DNA of 64,000 nt from Phyllobates terribilis (lineage: Eukaryota): assembly GCF_046119375.1 (NCBI RefSeq), contig NW_027362763.1, positions 767,622,001 through 767,686,000 of the forward strand, given 5' to 3'. Under the pieces are notes generated by a model. That model was not told where the DNA came from, ran no database searches, and saw only the letters and a program-made list of their open reading frames with translations. Shown here in pieces: positions 39,486-54,339 of the stretch. The first letter of the stretch is position 1. Each line of letters begins with the position of its first letter. Position numbers and translations under genes: made by a program.

Positions 39486-40420
39486 TCTCCTTCTGTGTAT
39501 TTTCTGAGCAATTACTGGCTTTACAGTATTGAGATTAAGGCTAATTCATTTGAATTTTTAGAGAAAATTTGTCAAAAGTCGGTGAATTCAAATTTCAAAA
39601 GATCCACTCATCTCTACTTAACACTTAACAAAACAAAAGCCATTGAATTGGTATAGTTAGTTGACATCTACACTTTTCTGCGTCGGGATATATACATATT
39701 GCTGTATTGTGATATCTTGGACATTACAACAAAGGACACATCTGTACACGTTATTAGCCATAATGTCTATTATGGCACTTTTCAAGGAGCATAATTAAGT
39801 GTACAGTCAGCTTTTGAAATTGATGTGTAAGAAGCAGGAAGGATCACAATGACTTTGAGAAGGACCCACTTTGATGGCGATACAACTGGGTCAGAGGAAC
39901 TCCAAAACGGCAGGTCGTGTTTAACGTTCCAGTTTAGTACCTGCCAAAAGTGGTCCAGGAACTACAACCAATGAAGCTACAAATAAAGGTCCACAGACCT
40001 GAGATCCTAGTACTCATATTAGGCCCTGCCACACCGCTTAAACCAGACCTATCATCAAAAATGACACCTCATTTTTTATTTTCATATTTTACAGACAAAA
40101 AAAATAAACCAAATTCTCAATTTAAGTAATTAAAAAATCAGGAAAAGGGCTTTAAATACTATGGGAGAATATATGCAAATTGTATGTTAATACGACTATC
40201 ACTAAAAAGTTGCCACCAATTTCAAATATACTTAGCGGTGCTACACAGCACAGAAGTGACGTTTCTGCTCTGAACAGTGTGACCTCACTGCTCAGAGCAG
40301 ATACCATGTTCAGGGTTGTGCAGTGAATGTGCCGCTGCTCCAGGGGACATATTGACACTTTAATAAAATATTATTCCCACTGATCAGAGCAAAGACAAGT
40401 GTGCTAGTGATAAACATGGA

Positions 40421-40580
40421 AGAATCATAGAATCATAGGATGTTAGGGTTGGAAGGGACCTCTAGGGTCATCTGGTCCAACCCCCTGCTCAATGTGGGAT
40501 TTACTAAACCATCTCAGACAGATGTCTGTCCAGCCTCTGAAGACATCCATTAAAGAACTCTCCACCTTTCGTGGCAGAGC
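40421..40580 (-). mobile_element. CR1 LINE 3'-end fragment
   Basis: AGAATCATAGAATCATAG (reverse of ATTCTATG octamer tail) plus GGGTTGGAAGGGACCTCTAG CR1 3' motif. Confidence 0.8.
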
Positions 40581-42462
40581 AGTGGGGAAAACTAATATAT
40601 TCACTGCTGATGGAGGACATTTTGCTGGCCACTCATGTTCCCAATTGCCACCGCAGTTCCCTGCCCACTGTCCAATTCTCTACCTGTATTGGCTCTCGGC
40701 AAGGCTCCTGAAGTTATTGCACTTGTGCAGTTAACTCTGGGGCCTCCTTGCAGCCAGAAGCTCTGGCCTAGAGTAAACACCGGGTTGGAGATGCGGCGTG
40801 ACAGAGGTGTGGAGGACCGGATATTGGGCAAGGAGCAGAGGGGCGGTCGGAGTGGTGGGGTGAATATGAGTTTATCTTTTACATCTTATGTTTATTATGC
40901 TCTGAGAATTAGAAAGCCGGCAGAACAAAATAAGGAACATTCACTTCACGGAGAATCAAATGTGTGATTTGGCAAATTCTAATTTTGTCAGATCCGCTAA
41001 TCTCTAATCAGAATATAAATTAAAATATTAGTAAAGTTTTAGTAAGTTAAGTTATTCCATAGTTTGTATTCTTTACTCAGTCTACCCATGAACCCAAACC
41101 CATAAATCTCTCCATGCATATAGAAATAAAATGTCTGCTCACCTGTATTAATGCATTGCACACACATAGATATACTTGTAATTGTGTGATGTTATAGGTG
41201 TAACCCATGGTTAACAGGATGACAACAAGTGACGTTTTTAGTGTAGGAAATTCAAAATTGACCATGTCCGACGTCTAGGCCACACATTCCCATACTTGCC
41301 TACATTACTGTTGGTGTACAGGGATGTTTAGGCCACCCCCACGTACCACCAGGAAGGCCCCTACGTAATACGTAAGCTTTTGAACCCTTGGCTGGTGAGT
41401 ACCATTGCCTTTTGCTGTTTTCTAATTTGATTTTGGAATTTTTTTAAAAAAAATTCTGTTTATTATTCTGGCTATGCTGTTTGTTTTTAATGTTAGAGTG
41501 GGGAATCGCAAAATCGTGAGGACCCTTGACGTTTGGGTTGCGAGCTTACGCATTTTGGCCAAAATATCAACCAATACCTCATATGATATTTTGCACTTTT
41601 TTATCTGCCAGGGAGCAGCCAGGCCCATTTAATGGTGACCTTGTGAGTGGGGACTTTGCACCTCTGCGATGCACGGATAGGGTGCCGGGCATCCCACCTA
41701 ATCGAATAGGAGGGGCGTGTAATAGGATGCTGACCAGGCACACTGCCACTAGTGTGTGAATTGCACCCTATTGCAAGTCTCATCTTGTGCAGTTTTAATG
41801 CTGGGCAGTCGCTCCTCCAGTGAGAGGTTGAGAGTGAGTGTTTTCAGCATTCTGCACCTGTGTTACCTCCTTCTCACAAAAAGGGGGCCGGCTGCGTCTT
41901 GGTGTGCATTTTTTGAACCCTTGGCTGGTTAGTTTCATTGCCTTTTGATGACCACATGTAAGCACTCACACATGGATTAAGTCATTACAGAAAAGGGTAA
42001 GAAAACCGGATATTTCCTTTGCTCACTTGTTATTTCTTTCATTACTGGTTGTAATCTTAATCTTCCATTCCTTCTAATGCTGTGAGTAAGTAAATCATTG
42101 TTTCTCTAGAATATGTGGTTCCTGACATGTACTATACGCTGATGAGTAATATTTGATGAGCAACTGGAGTTAGGAGTGTTTGATGAGTGGACAAATCTAA
42201 TTCATTAGGAGGCTCTTAATGAGTCAGGATCATCTGACTCCTACACGGCCCCCAATCAAGACCTTGATGAATCGGGGCCTATGTGTTTCCTGACATGTAT
42301 TAGACATTGAGTATTGTATAACTGTTGCGTATGCTGTTACTCTAAAACTTTACCATAAAGAACATATATACTTACATTACACTTGGCAATGGAAGCAATA
42401 GATTGCTTTAGTTTAATACAACAGCCTGGATTAAGTTTCTGCTGGATTTGATGGATTATACC

Positions 42463-45400
42463 CAGAGTGGATTTGATTTAAATCTAACTGATTTAAATCA
42501 CGATTAAAATCACGATTTAAATCAGTAGTCAGTAAGGCTTGATTTAAATCAGTGATTTAAATCAAAGTTTCTACCTAAACTAGTTCTTGCTACTTTAACA
42601 TGCAAGTAGATGAAGATTTTTAGAATCACTTTTTATATTACTTTTTTCTCCCCAGTTTAATGGGTTAATCATTCATATTTGGACACCACTGTTCTGTTGT
42701 ACTTAGGAAGGAGAAAAATAATCCTGACCTTAATAACAATTTAAATAGATTTATTCAACTGAAACAATAACAACATTACAGCATAAGTTATTTGCTTAAA
42801 CAAACATCCATGTTTGTTAACTAATTTGGCTAAACAAAATATATATATATTTTAAGAAACTTAGACTGTCAGCCCAGCCGACACATGAAAAACTTAAATA
42901 CTACTGTCCCTGCTGTCCTCTGTAGCTCACTCGTCGTCATCTTCATCATCATCTTCTTCTTTGTTCCTATTCATAATCTGGAAAAGAAAAACAAGCTTTC
43001 CTGCTTTATTGGGTCCCAACCGATTTCTCAATTTAGAATGAATGAGTCCAAAGGAAGAGAATATTCTTTCAACGCCTGCAGAAGAAGCTACTGCTGTTAA
43101 AAGTGAAATCATTACTTGAACAGTCTCTAAATCCAAGCGCTTAAGTGACTTCCACCAGTTTACTGGTGTGACCTTCCTTAAAATATCTTCAGCAAACATA
43201 TATTTCTTGAATGGTTCCCCCTTAGCTCTGAAGTTTATTATAGTTGGCATTAAAGATGGATGATTGCTGGATACCCATGTCATAGCTAACTCGTCTTCCT
43301 CAGCACTTAGGTTTTGACCCTGATATTGGATATTGACAATATTTGCCAAAAAATGAGCTGGAGTCAGTGCTTGTCCCATTCGTTTGTTTACTGCTTGTAA
43401 TTTAATTCTGTCCATGTGTAGTTCTGTTTTTAAGTGTTCACTCAGTTCCTTCCAAATTTCAACAGCATCCGCAATAAAACAGCTATTTTTCTGTATTTTG
43501 TTTAAAGCTTGAAAGATGGGTTTCAGGAAGCTCAGCATATGTTCAACATTTCTCTTAAGCCCAATGTTGAGGATTTTGGCCGTGACAGTGCCATCTATTT
43601 TATCTCGATTTTCTTCACAAAGTGTCATCAGAATAGGCCAGTTTTTGATATACTGCTTAAAACAGTCCACCACAGAGTTCCATCTAACATCTTGTGGGAG
43701 CGTTAGCTTGGTTCCACCCATCCTTTTCAGAGCTGCTGCAGCAAAATGATTATTACGGAAGTATTTAGCAATTTCAACAACATTAGCCTTTATTTCTGGA
43801 ACACTTAAGTCTTTGGCTAAGAGGTGCAGCAAATGAGCACTGCAACCATATGTTATTAGCAGCTTTGTATTCCCTCCCTGCTCTTCTAAATTTCTTCTCA
43901 TCTTGGATACGTTTGCAGCATTGTCAGTGACCAAACTGCGTACTAGACATTTGAATTTTTGTTCACATGTTGTTATAGCTTTTACTGCCACTTCTTGTAA
44001 GTATTCTGCTGTGTGTGCATTTCCTGACGTATCAGTTGTTTGTGCAAGGAAGACTTTACCTTCTTCTGTTGTTATACAAGCGCATACAATAGGATCATTG
44101 TGGACATTACTCCACCCATCAATACTTAGGTTAACAATTTTACCCTCCAGAGCTGTTGCACATTGCTCCATTTCTCTGTCATACACTTGATCCAGCAGTT
44201 TCCCTGCAACATCAGCTCTGCTGGGTGGACTGTATCCTGGTCTCAGTGACTGAACCATATTAATAAAATGTGGGTTCTCAGTCAGACGGAAAGAAGAGTT
44301 CGTTGCATAAATAAACTGGGCAATTTTTTCATCAATCAACTCTTTTTCTGATCTGCTAGTTCTTATCACAAACCTATCTATGGTGGTTCCAGGAGGTAAA
44401 GGTTTTTTCTTCCTTTTGGGTGATGGTGATATGTGGCTGTGGGTGTCTGATGATGATGCTGCTGCTAATGAAGCACTATCCTGGATGGATAACTCTGAAA
44501 CTGTAGAACAGGATGATGGTGATCTTGGAGGTGGATAGTTTCCAGAATCCATGAATTCCCCTAAACAAAAAAGTCAATGCTGTTATTTTATTGTTTATAC
44601 AATTTCTGCTTATTGTACACAACACATCACTGCCCCTGCCCCAAAAGGAATATTTGTTTTTCTTCATAACTGTACCAAATGACAGTAACATGCAGTAATA
44701 CTAAGAAATATAATTTTTCTCACACAAGACAGTTCAGTCTTTAGAAATAGAATTCAATAAAAATGTTTACCAACAGATCCTGCCTGTTCAGAAGTGTTTC
44801 TTTGGTCATCATCATCACCGCACTTCTCATGATGTTGCCTCATTCGCGCCACCAGGCCTTGCATCTCTTTGTTGCATCGTTTGCATTTTGCACGCATGCC
44901 TGCCTTACCGATAGGCGAAGGAGCTTCATTAAAATATTCCCAAACTGGGTCTCTTTTACGGCCTGCTACCATTATAAGGAAAGAATGTAATAAACCTCAG
45001 ATCGTACACACAAACAGATCCAGACTTGTCTGTCTGTGGCTATGCTGCAGTATTGTGCTCAAAGTTTCACTTTCATTTTCTTCTCTGCTTGCCCTTCCTC
45101 CTCCTCACACTTAGATTCACATTCTTCTTGTGTTGTGCAGATCTATTCCACTCCAAACAATCAGAAACATATTGTCTAACTTCTTGGACTTGGCACTGAA
45201 GGGGTTGATTCTGTATTCATAGGTTTGTAGAACAATAGGATTAAGGTCTTTTTCTCAACTCTGTTCATGTTGTAACATTTTTGCCGTGAAGAAGAGGCTG
45301 TTACCTCTGCGGAGTCAAATTCAGTTTTGAGAACTGCGTAAGTAAAGCGAGCGTCTGTGATAATATAGGAGAGAAACTGCCCACTAATCCTACAGAAACC

Positions 45401-45609
45401 TCTGGCAGAGCATGGCATTGTGAATGTTACACATATACAGCTTTTATTCTACTGAGTTAAACAACTCAGCTTTATCTCATGATGGAAGAACCTTTGGATG
45501 GTAAAATATTTTCCTCAAAAAGCAGTTTATTGAAAAAAATCCGATTTAAATCAAAAAAATCCGATTTTTTTTATTTTTTTTAAAAAAACATTGATTTTTA
45601 TCCACCCTG
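42463..45609 (-). mobile_element. Full-length hAT DNA transposon
   Basis: Perfect 8-bp TSD ATTATACC; termini CAGAGTGGAT / CAGGGTGGAT; subterminal GATTTAAATC repeats. Confidence 0.95.
42927..44972 (-). CDS. hAT transposase, two exons (44972-44771, 44560-42927), predicted 611 aa with BED finger
   Basis: Exon 1 RKRDPVWEYF...CKRC...HHEKC; GT..AG intron of 210 nt joins in frame (phase 1); exon 2 has IDGW, VTDNA, CSAH, W, and SSAGVERIFS dimerisation motif; no stops. Confidence 0.88.
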
Positions 45610-47041
45610 ATTATACCAGATGCTGGTCAATTAGGTGGACTGCAGTTCTCTCTGATGGATGCCCTAGAAAAAGCCGGAAAGGTGTAACTCGAGTCAGGCT
45701 TCACATGATGTTTTATATGCCATATTTCATGCATCTTTTGTAAGTACAATAAAATACCTTATAGAGGAAAGCTCTGTATAGCAGTACTTCTCTGTTGTTG
45801 GGCTTTTTGGCTTTTACTCTAGTTTTTGGACGATAAGAAGGCTAAGCTGAATAATTTTACACTCAGAAGTACAATAGAAGAAAATACAACCTGTTTTGAG
45901 AGTCGAGTAACATCTTGGAAATGGACTCACTTGATTGCTGGATCCGAATCTCTTCAGCTAAGCCCTTAGTCTGCGCAAAACGCTACATTATTTCTGCAGT
46001 TTATCTTAAGGAGTGTGACCAGCTCCATTTGCGTTTTTTGCTGCGACTTGGGAAACAGTGGTGACTTTTTTTGGACAGATCCATCTGTTCAGGTTTCGAC
46101 CTTTAGAGTATAGGATATCCACAGTAGACCATGTCCATCATTCTACACTCCATCAATATGCCAGCCGGCAGCAAGACACATTTTGCACACTAATGCATTT
46201 GTAATGCGATCTAAAGATAAAAAATATACTATTACTATAAAAAGTAAAGATACTTTACATCACACAAGTGCCAACCTGCTAAGACATATTATAAGGAAGG
46301 CTCAATGGACAAATGCCACAGAGCTTAGGAGATGTCACCAACTATAAGACCTAAAGTATCTCCATCGCCCAGGCTGACTCTTCTTATTCATCAACCCAGT
46401 AATTTCTAGTTACTCCCCTGGCAGTCACTGTATGTAGTTTATCCATTGTTCACCTATGGTCCACCACATTTATGAAAAAGGGATTCTTGAAGACTGTTCA
46501 ACGATTGTGTCCAGTAAAGACATTCATGTGTATTTTTCTCTTGAAAGCTCTGAAAGTTGACTGCTACCTCTGCACCTCTATAACTGTGCATTTACATAGA
46601 GGAATAGTAAAGGTCATTGATGATTTATTTATATGAAAGGTTACATGAAGAGTTACAGATAGCAGAATATAGATGAGGATGGGATTATATTTTACCTCTT
46701 TGAACAGCTTGAACAGTTGATCTACCAACTCGTTTTTATTCTTCTGGAAATCCATCATGTTAGGAGATGTGTAGGATGTCATATAATTTAGGAAATAGCC
46801 ATGGATGCAAAGAATGGAAGATCATATAGTAAGCCTGGGATAATGTCTTGGAACCCACAGAACATGTGAGGGTGCAGGATGGGTGCAGTATGAATTAGGC
46901 TAATGGCTGAGGGTGTGTGCCAGCAAATTTCACAGCTATGGTATTGAGACTTATTATGAAAGGCTTTGTTAAAAATCTAGAACTTTATATAACTTACTGC
47001 TCCTTTGCAGTGGATCTCTGAACAAATAAAGAACATATATA

Positions 47042-48637
47042 CAGTAGTCTTCGAAATAATATCAGTGTGTTCAAAAACATGAGTTAAGAACAAAATCTTT
47101 ATACTAGTTTTTATTTCCATGCATTGAGAACATTGCACACTGTTTTCTAATTCAAAACTTGAAGAAAAATGTATATCATTGTTAACTACTTTACAGAAAA
47201 TAGCAAAAAATGAACATTAGGCTGTTCTAAAAAATAGTAGTGTCTACATTTCTCTTTACAAACTCACAATATGTACTCTTTTTTGAGGATTTAGCATTCC
47301 TGTGAATCACTAACCTAATATTTACCTGTATAACCACAGTATTTTTAGAACTGCTTCACATCTGTGTTGCATAGCGTCAACCAACTCCTAGCACCTGTCA
47401 ACTGTTATTCCAGCCCAGGATGCTTTGACTACATCCCACAATTTTTGGGCATTTGTTGGCTATGACTCAGAAACTGCATTTTTGATGTCACCCACAAGTG
47501 TTCTGTCGGATTAAGGTCTGGGGATTGGGCTGGCCACTCCATAACCTCAATTTTGTTGGACTAGAAACAACATTTTGCTCATTTACTGTTGTGTTTAGGG
47601 TTGATGTCTTGTTGAAACATCCATTTCAAGGGCATATCCTCTTCTGCGTAAGGCAACATGACCTCTTCAAGTATTTTAATATATGCAAACTGGGCCATGA
47701 TCCCTGGTATGTGGTAAATAGGTCCGGCACCATAGTAAGAGAAACATGCCCATATCATGATGCTTGCACCACCATGCTTCACTGTCTTCAGAGTGTGCTG
47801 TGGCTTGAATGCAGAGTTTGGGGGTCGTCTGACGAACTGTCTGCGGCCCTTGGACCCAAAAAGAACAATTTTACTTTCATCAGTCCACAAAATGATTCTC
47901 CATTTCTCTTTAGGCAAGTTGATGTGTTCTTTGGCAAATTGTATCCGCTTCAGTACATGTCTTTTTTTAAACTGTGGGACTTTGCGGGGACTAAGAGATT
48001 AGCTTCACACAGGCGTCTTCTAACTGTCACAGTACTCACAGGTAACTTAAGACTGTCTTTGATCATCCTGGAGCTGACCATTGGCTGAGCCTTTGCCATT
48101 CAGGCTATTCTTCAATCCATTCGAATGGTAGTCTTCCGGTTTCTTCCACGTCTCTCTGGTTTTGCTTTCCATTTTAAAGCATTGGAGATCATTTTAGCTG
48201 AACAGCCTATCATTGTCTGCACTTCTTTATAAGTTTTGCCCTCTCCAATCAACTGTTTAATCAAAGTACGCTTTTCTTCTGAACAATGTCTTGAACGACC
48301 CATATTTCTCAGGCTTTCAAGGAGAAATGCATGTACAACATGTGCTGGCTTCACCCTTAACTAAGGGCCACCTGATTCACACCTGTTTCTTCACAGAATG
48401 ATTGACCTCACTAATTGACCTCCACACTGCTATTATTTTGAACACACCCCCTTTCAATTAATTATTCAAGTACACAGACTCAAAAACATGCAGATCATGA
48501 ATGCGGAATCTGTTGGTTTTCTTAGAATCTACTGCACCAACTGGTAAATTATTTGACATGCGGTAATAGAATTTATACCAAAAACAGTGATTAATCTGGT
48601 TAGTCACATTGGACTGCTATTATTTTGAACACTACTG
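47042..48637 (-). mobile_element. Tc1 transposon, degenerate
   Basis: TIR CAGTAGT(C/G)TTC(G/A)AAATAAT, TA TSD; fragments MGRSRHCSEEKR, WTDESK, FQQDINPKH. Confidence 0.9.
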
Positions 48638-48639
48638 TA

Positions 48640-48858
48640 CTTACATTTGGCAATGAAAGCAATAAATTGCTTCTGTTTGATAGTACAGCCTGGATTTTGT
48701 TTCTGCAGGTTTTGTTGGATTTTTATAGATTCCAGTCTTATATCTGGAATATGGGTCTCCCTGAGGTGTGGATGGGCCAATTCATGCCTTTCATCCCTTC
48801 CTTCGGGATGAGGTACGCTCCTGTTGTAATGTGAACAATGTTACAGAATGTCCATACA
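48640..48858. repeat. Old dispersed repeat (possibly decayed L1 inter-ORF region), segment 1; continues 50488-50619 and 60762-60805; paralogs at 42345-42462 and 62870-63135
   Basis: Direct similarity between these segments; joining them across the Tc1 insertions restores the uninterrupted copy near 62900-63130. L1 assignment rests on weak endonuclease-like residues near 46850-46950. Confidence 0.6.
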
Positions 48859-50485
<1,627 letters not shown>

Positions 50486-51306
50486 TATTGTGATATAAGA
50501 TTTTATGACTATTAATGCTGTGAAAGATTCAAGGGTATTTTATTGACATTGACGTGTTCTAGTATTGCATTGTATTACATGATAAGATAGGGACAGAGTA
50601 AGGATAAGAGATTAACACATACAGTGGTGACCACAAGTTTTGCATTTTTTTTAAAGTGTGTACATCTGTCTGGTTCTTGTGATGCCATTTTCCTGGTGAT
50701 TTTAGTAAACCGGAAGCAAATGGTTGTCAGCCATAAGGATGAAAATTGTGTTTGCCATTGTTTTATCTCTTTATGTGTTAGTTTACAACATTTGCTGGTC
50801 CAAATGTTTTGCATATTTTGTCATGGGCGGTTGAATTTTGTCTAAATTTTTTTTTTTCATGTGTGTTTTCTGGTTGACACATGGCAAAGACAAAGCCAAA
50901 TTTATCATCAGATGTCAGGAACCTTATTATGGCATTCCCCCTGCGACACCTCACTGACAGGCTGGCTACCTGAACCACATTAACCCTTTCAGGAGAGGAA
51001 AACAATGCATAATAATGCCGTGCATTCCCCTCCTGAAGGTCCGGGTCTTAACATGGCTTTATACTGCATATTAACCTACTTTCAAAAAACCTATTATTTA
51101 CCACACTCAATAAACATGACATACGCAGATTTGGTTGCAAAAATTTATGGCCACGGCCTTCATTAAAGATTCTTATACATGAAAAACCATCACTTTAATA
51201 AAACTCTTATAACACCGCAGCTTAGCCATAAGCTCAAGCCCGTTTACCTTACCAACCTGGTGTCCATTCAGTCTCCTGAACGACTAACCCCAAACGACCA
51301 TCGTGA

Positions 51307-51870
51307 TTAAAAAGACACGCATGGCCCCGCCCCACCAAGGGCCAACTCAACCATTGCTTGTAAATTTAGGTTGAATATGTCAAGACCTACATCAGATAGG
51401 TGAACACAATCAACCTGAAAAAGGCCTGGCAATCCTCCTTCCAAATCCACGTATCTAAATGAAAACCCAACAATTAGTGGCATGAATTTACTCAAAGACC
51501 TGTTTAACCTTTTACGTATTTTCTCACAAAACTTCAGCTCCGCTGACCTAACCCACAAAACATATAATTTTAATATTATAAAATGACTTTTTTAACTCTA
51601 ACAAACTCTTCTTCATCTGGAATAACAGGTCAATAGTGCCCAACTTTCCAATGTCATTTCCTCCTAGGTGTACGATAATGATGTAAGGGGCCGGAGCTCG
51701 AATACCCATTAGGGTCACTTGATCCAAAAGACCGTCCCATCTTTGTCCACTAATTCCAAACCAAAAAATTCTCACTTTATCCGAAGACAATGATAAATTT
51801 GGCCCATACCAGCGCTGTTGCGCCCTCCATTCAGCCCATCGGATAAATGAATGGCCCAAAATCTAGACTG
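51307..51870 (-). pseudogene. Ngaro ORF4 SGNH/GDSL-like hydrolase, frameshifted
   Basis: Block I GHS, block III HLGGND, block V DCVHL across ORFs 51548..51859 and 51307..51558. Confidence 0.8.
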
Positions 51871-51912
51871 TGACACCTAGAAAAACTACAACAGAAAAAA
51901 CAATAGTGTTAA

Positions 51913-52700
51913 TTATCTCCTAATGTACAACTTATAACATTTCGAATCCCACCTTCCCAATCTCTTAATGACTTCCTCACTCAATCCCAATCTGGCGGCC
52001 TCTGTCGCAGCACCAATCCTAAAGGAATGGGTAGAAAAATATCTATCCCCCAACTGCATCACCGACAAACACGTTTTAAGAATCCTCCTAAACTGGAATT
52101 GCGTCAGAGGCTCACCAGACCAATGAAGCAGGAACTTCTCTCCATTTGCCGGGCGAATATCCAAGTAGCTCTTCACCCTGCAGACTGGACAGATAGCTGC
52201 ATCAGAAAACATTTTAAATGAATACCACAACCTTTACCGGACTAATCTGTCTTTGACCTAGCTATAAAAAGCATTAATAATTTTCTTTCCAACTTCACGT
52301 GCTGCCATGACAATCCTTCTGTGCCTGTCTTACTTCTGGGTAACAGCTCACCTATACGAAGAGCTCCAAAAAACATTAAAACTGCTGCTGTGGAAAATAA
52401 AATAGCCTCAAATTCATTATACCAACAAGTAAATGCCACTTCACACAGATTTCTTAGCATAGTTGAGGAAATCGGGCACCTTCCATCACGAACAAAACGC
52501 TTCCTCTTGTACCCTTCAATACCTGCTTAATTAAAAAATAATCATTAATTGGATGCTGACCCAGAATTTTAAGAAAGAAAGAAATACCGGATACATTTTT
52601 TGCTATTGTTAAATATGCAAACCCTTTATCAATACATGTCAACACAAAAGTTAAAGCAGCCTGCTCTGAACACCTGTCAACTCTTAACCTGCCACCCGCA
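51913..52700 (-). pseudogene. Ngaro tyrosine recombinase, frameshifted
   Basis: FFGALRIGELL (catalytic R), HSFRIGAAT (HxxR), GRW, C-terminal Y. Confidence 0.9.
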
Positions 52701-52782
52701 CAGAATTCTGACCACAGCTCCCAAGCCGCCAGGTAACCCTTCCAGATTCAACCCGCTAGTGACCTTTGCAACAATTCCATTA

Positions 52783-54279
52783 TTAGGCCCAGATTATTCC
52801 CCACAAATATCCTGGACAATCCTCTCCTATCCGTTGAGCGCGGGGTGCGAGCCTGAAGAAATCTGAGAACTGTAAGTGAGAAAGTGATTCAGCAACTGCA
52901 CTATATTTATTATCAACTTCTACCGCCTTCAGCCAAATGTTCCTTTTGAGACACAACAGAACTAAATGCCTGAGCAGTCTAACTACTAATTTACATTTAC
53001 TTGACAAGCAATTCACAGCAAGAACTGCTCCTTTCCTACTGGAATGAATGAGAATATTCCTATTAGACAACTGCTCTCCCCAAATCGCTATTGACACCAA
53101 AATGGGAAAAACTTCTAACAAAATTATATTATTTAAAACGACATTTTTTAACCAAGCAGGGTGCCATTTCTCTGCACACCACTTACCAACCAGATAGACA
53201 CCAAAACCTAAGGAAGAATTAACATCCATATACCACTCCAATTCAACCTCAGCAACAAAGGCAGACCACCCGATTGATAGGCCATTAAAATACTGCTAAA
53301 AATCTAACCAGACTTCTAAATCTTCCTTGACCTCCTTGGTTATGCGCACATGAAACTGCGGGTCCCCAACTCCTGCAATGTGCGCGGACAAGCGTCTACT
53401 GAAAACTCTACCCATAGGCATAACTCTAGATGCAAAGGCTAGCAAACCCAACACAGACTCAACTTCTTTGACCATTGCTTTCTTCTTACTGAATAATGCT
53501 AGCAATGCATTCCTACATTTGTCAATCTTAACTAAAGGTAATCGACACTCCACACAAATTGATTGAAAGATAGCTAACAGCTCACTACAAACATCAGAAT
53601 CAGCTGGGCCTACAAAAAGAAAATCGTCCAAGTAGTGCGCTATACCGCCCTTCATGGACCTGACTGCTGTCACCCAATCCATAAATGAAGCAAACGCCTC
53701 AAAATAAAAACACGATACTGAACAACCCATAGGCAGGCATTTATCTGCATAGAAAGAACCATTAAACTGAAAACCAAGAGAATTAAACCCACTAGGGTGT
53801 ATAGGCAGTATCCTAAAGGCAGATTCTATGTCGGCCTTGGCCATTAAAGCCCCAGGCCCAAAACTTTTAACTATCTCCACTGCCGTATCAAATGATGTAT
53901 AGCTAACAGAAATAACGCTATTGTCAATGCTGTCATTTAAAGAAGATCCGTATGGATATGATAAGTGGTGAATAAACCTAAACAAATTTGGCTCCTTCTT
54001 AGGGACTACACCCAGAGGTGATAAACGAAAATTCTAAAACGGACGCACCCTAAAGGGGCCCGCTACTCTCCCTTCCACTATTTCTTTACTTAATTTCTTC
54101 TCTACCACCTCTGGGTGTAGATCCACAGATTTTAAATGATTCACCCATATGCAGCCTTCCCCCAGGAATTGGGGAATATAGAAACCCTCCATAAAACCAT
54201 TAGTTAGTAAGCTGGCTGTCTTGCGGTCTGGGTACCACTCTAACCAGGGGCGCATTTTCTCCAGATTTACTGGAGTCAA
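52783..54279 (-). pseudogene. Ngaro RT and RNase H, frameshifted
   Basis: HHLSYP, KADIESAFR, LPMGC, HYLDDFL; RNase H fragment with DVNSSLGFG and LEVFPI. Confidence 0.9.
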
Positions 54280-54339
54280 TGCCCTTGTTAAGGTGCTCCC
54301 TTGTGGAGGGCTGTCTTGACAGGCTCGCTTTTTTTTTTA

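Noticed and set aside
41379-41945. ~35-bp direct repeat TTTGAACCCTTGGCTGGT..CATTGCCTTTTG, possible Penelope termini
   Set aside because: Too short and degenerate to assign; no RT or GIY-YIG ORF between the copies
46564-46782. Exon-like ORF ending at a GT donor (…LFKLFKE|GT)
   Set aside because: In-frame stop upstream; surrounding frames weakly resemble a decayed LINE endonuclease rather than a host gene
47498-48088. 196-aa plus-strand ORF
   Set aside because: Antisense shadow of the Tc1 transposase
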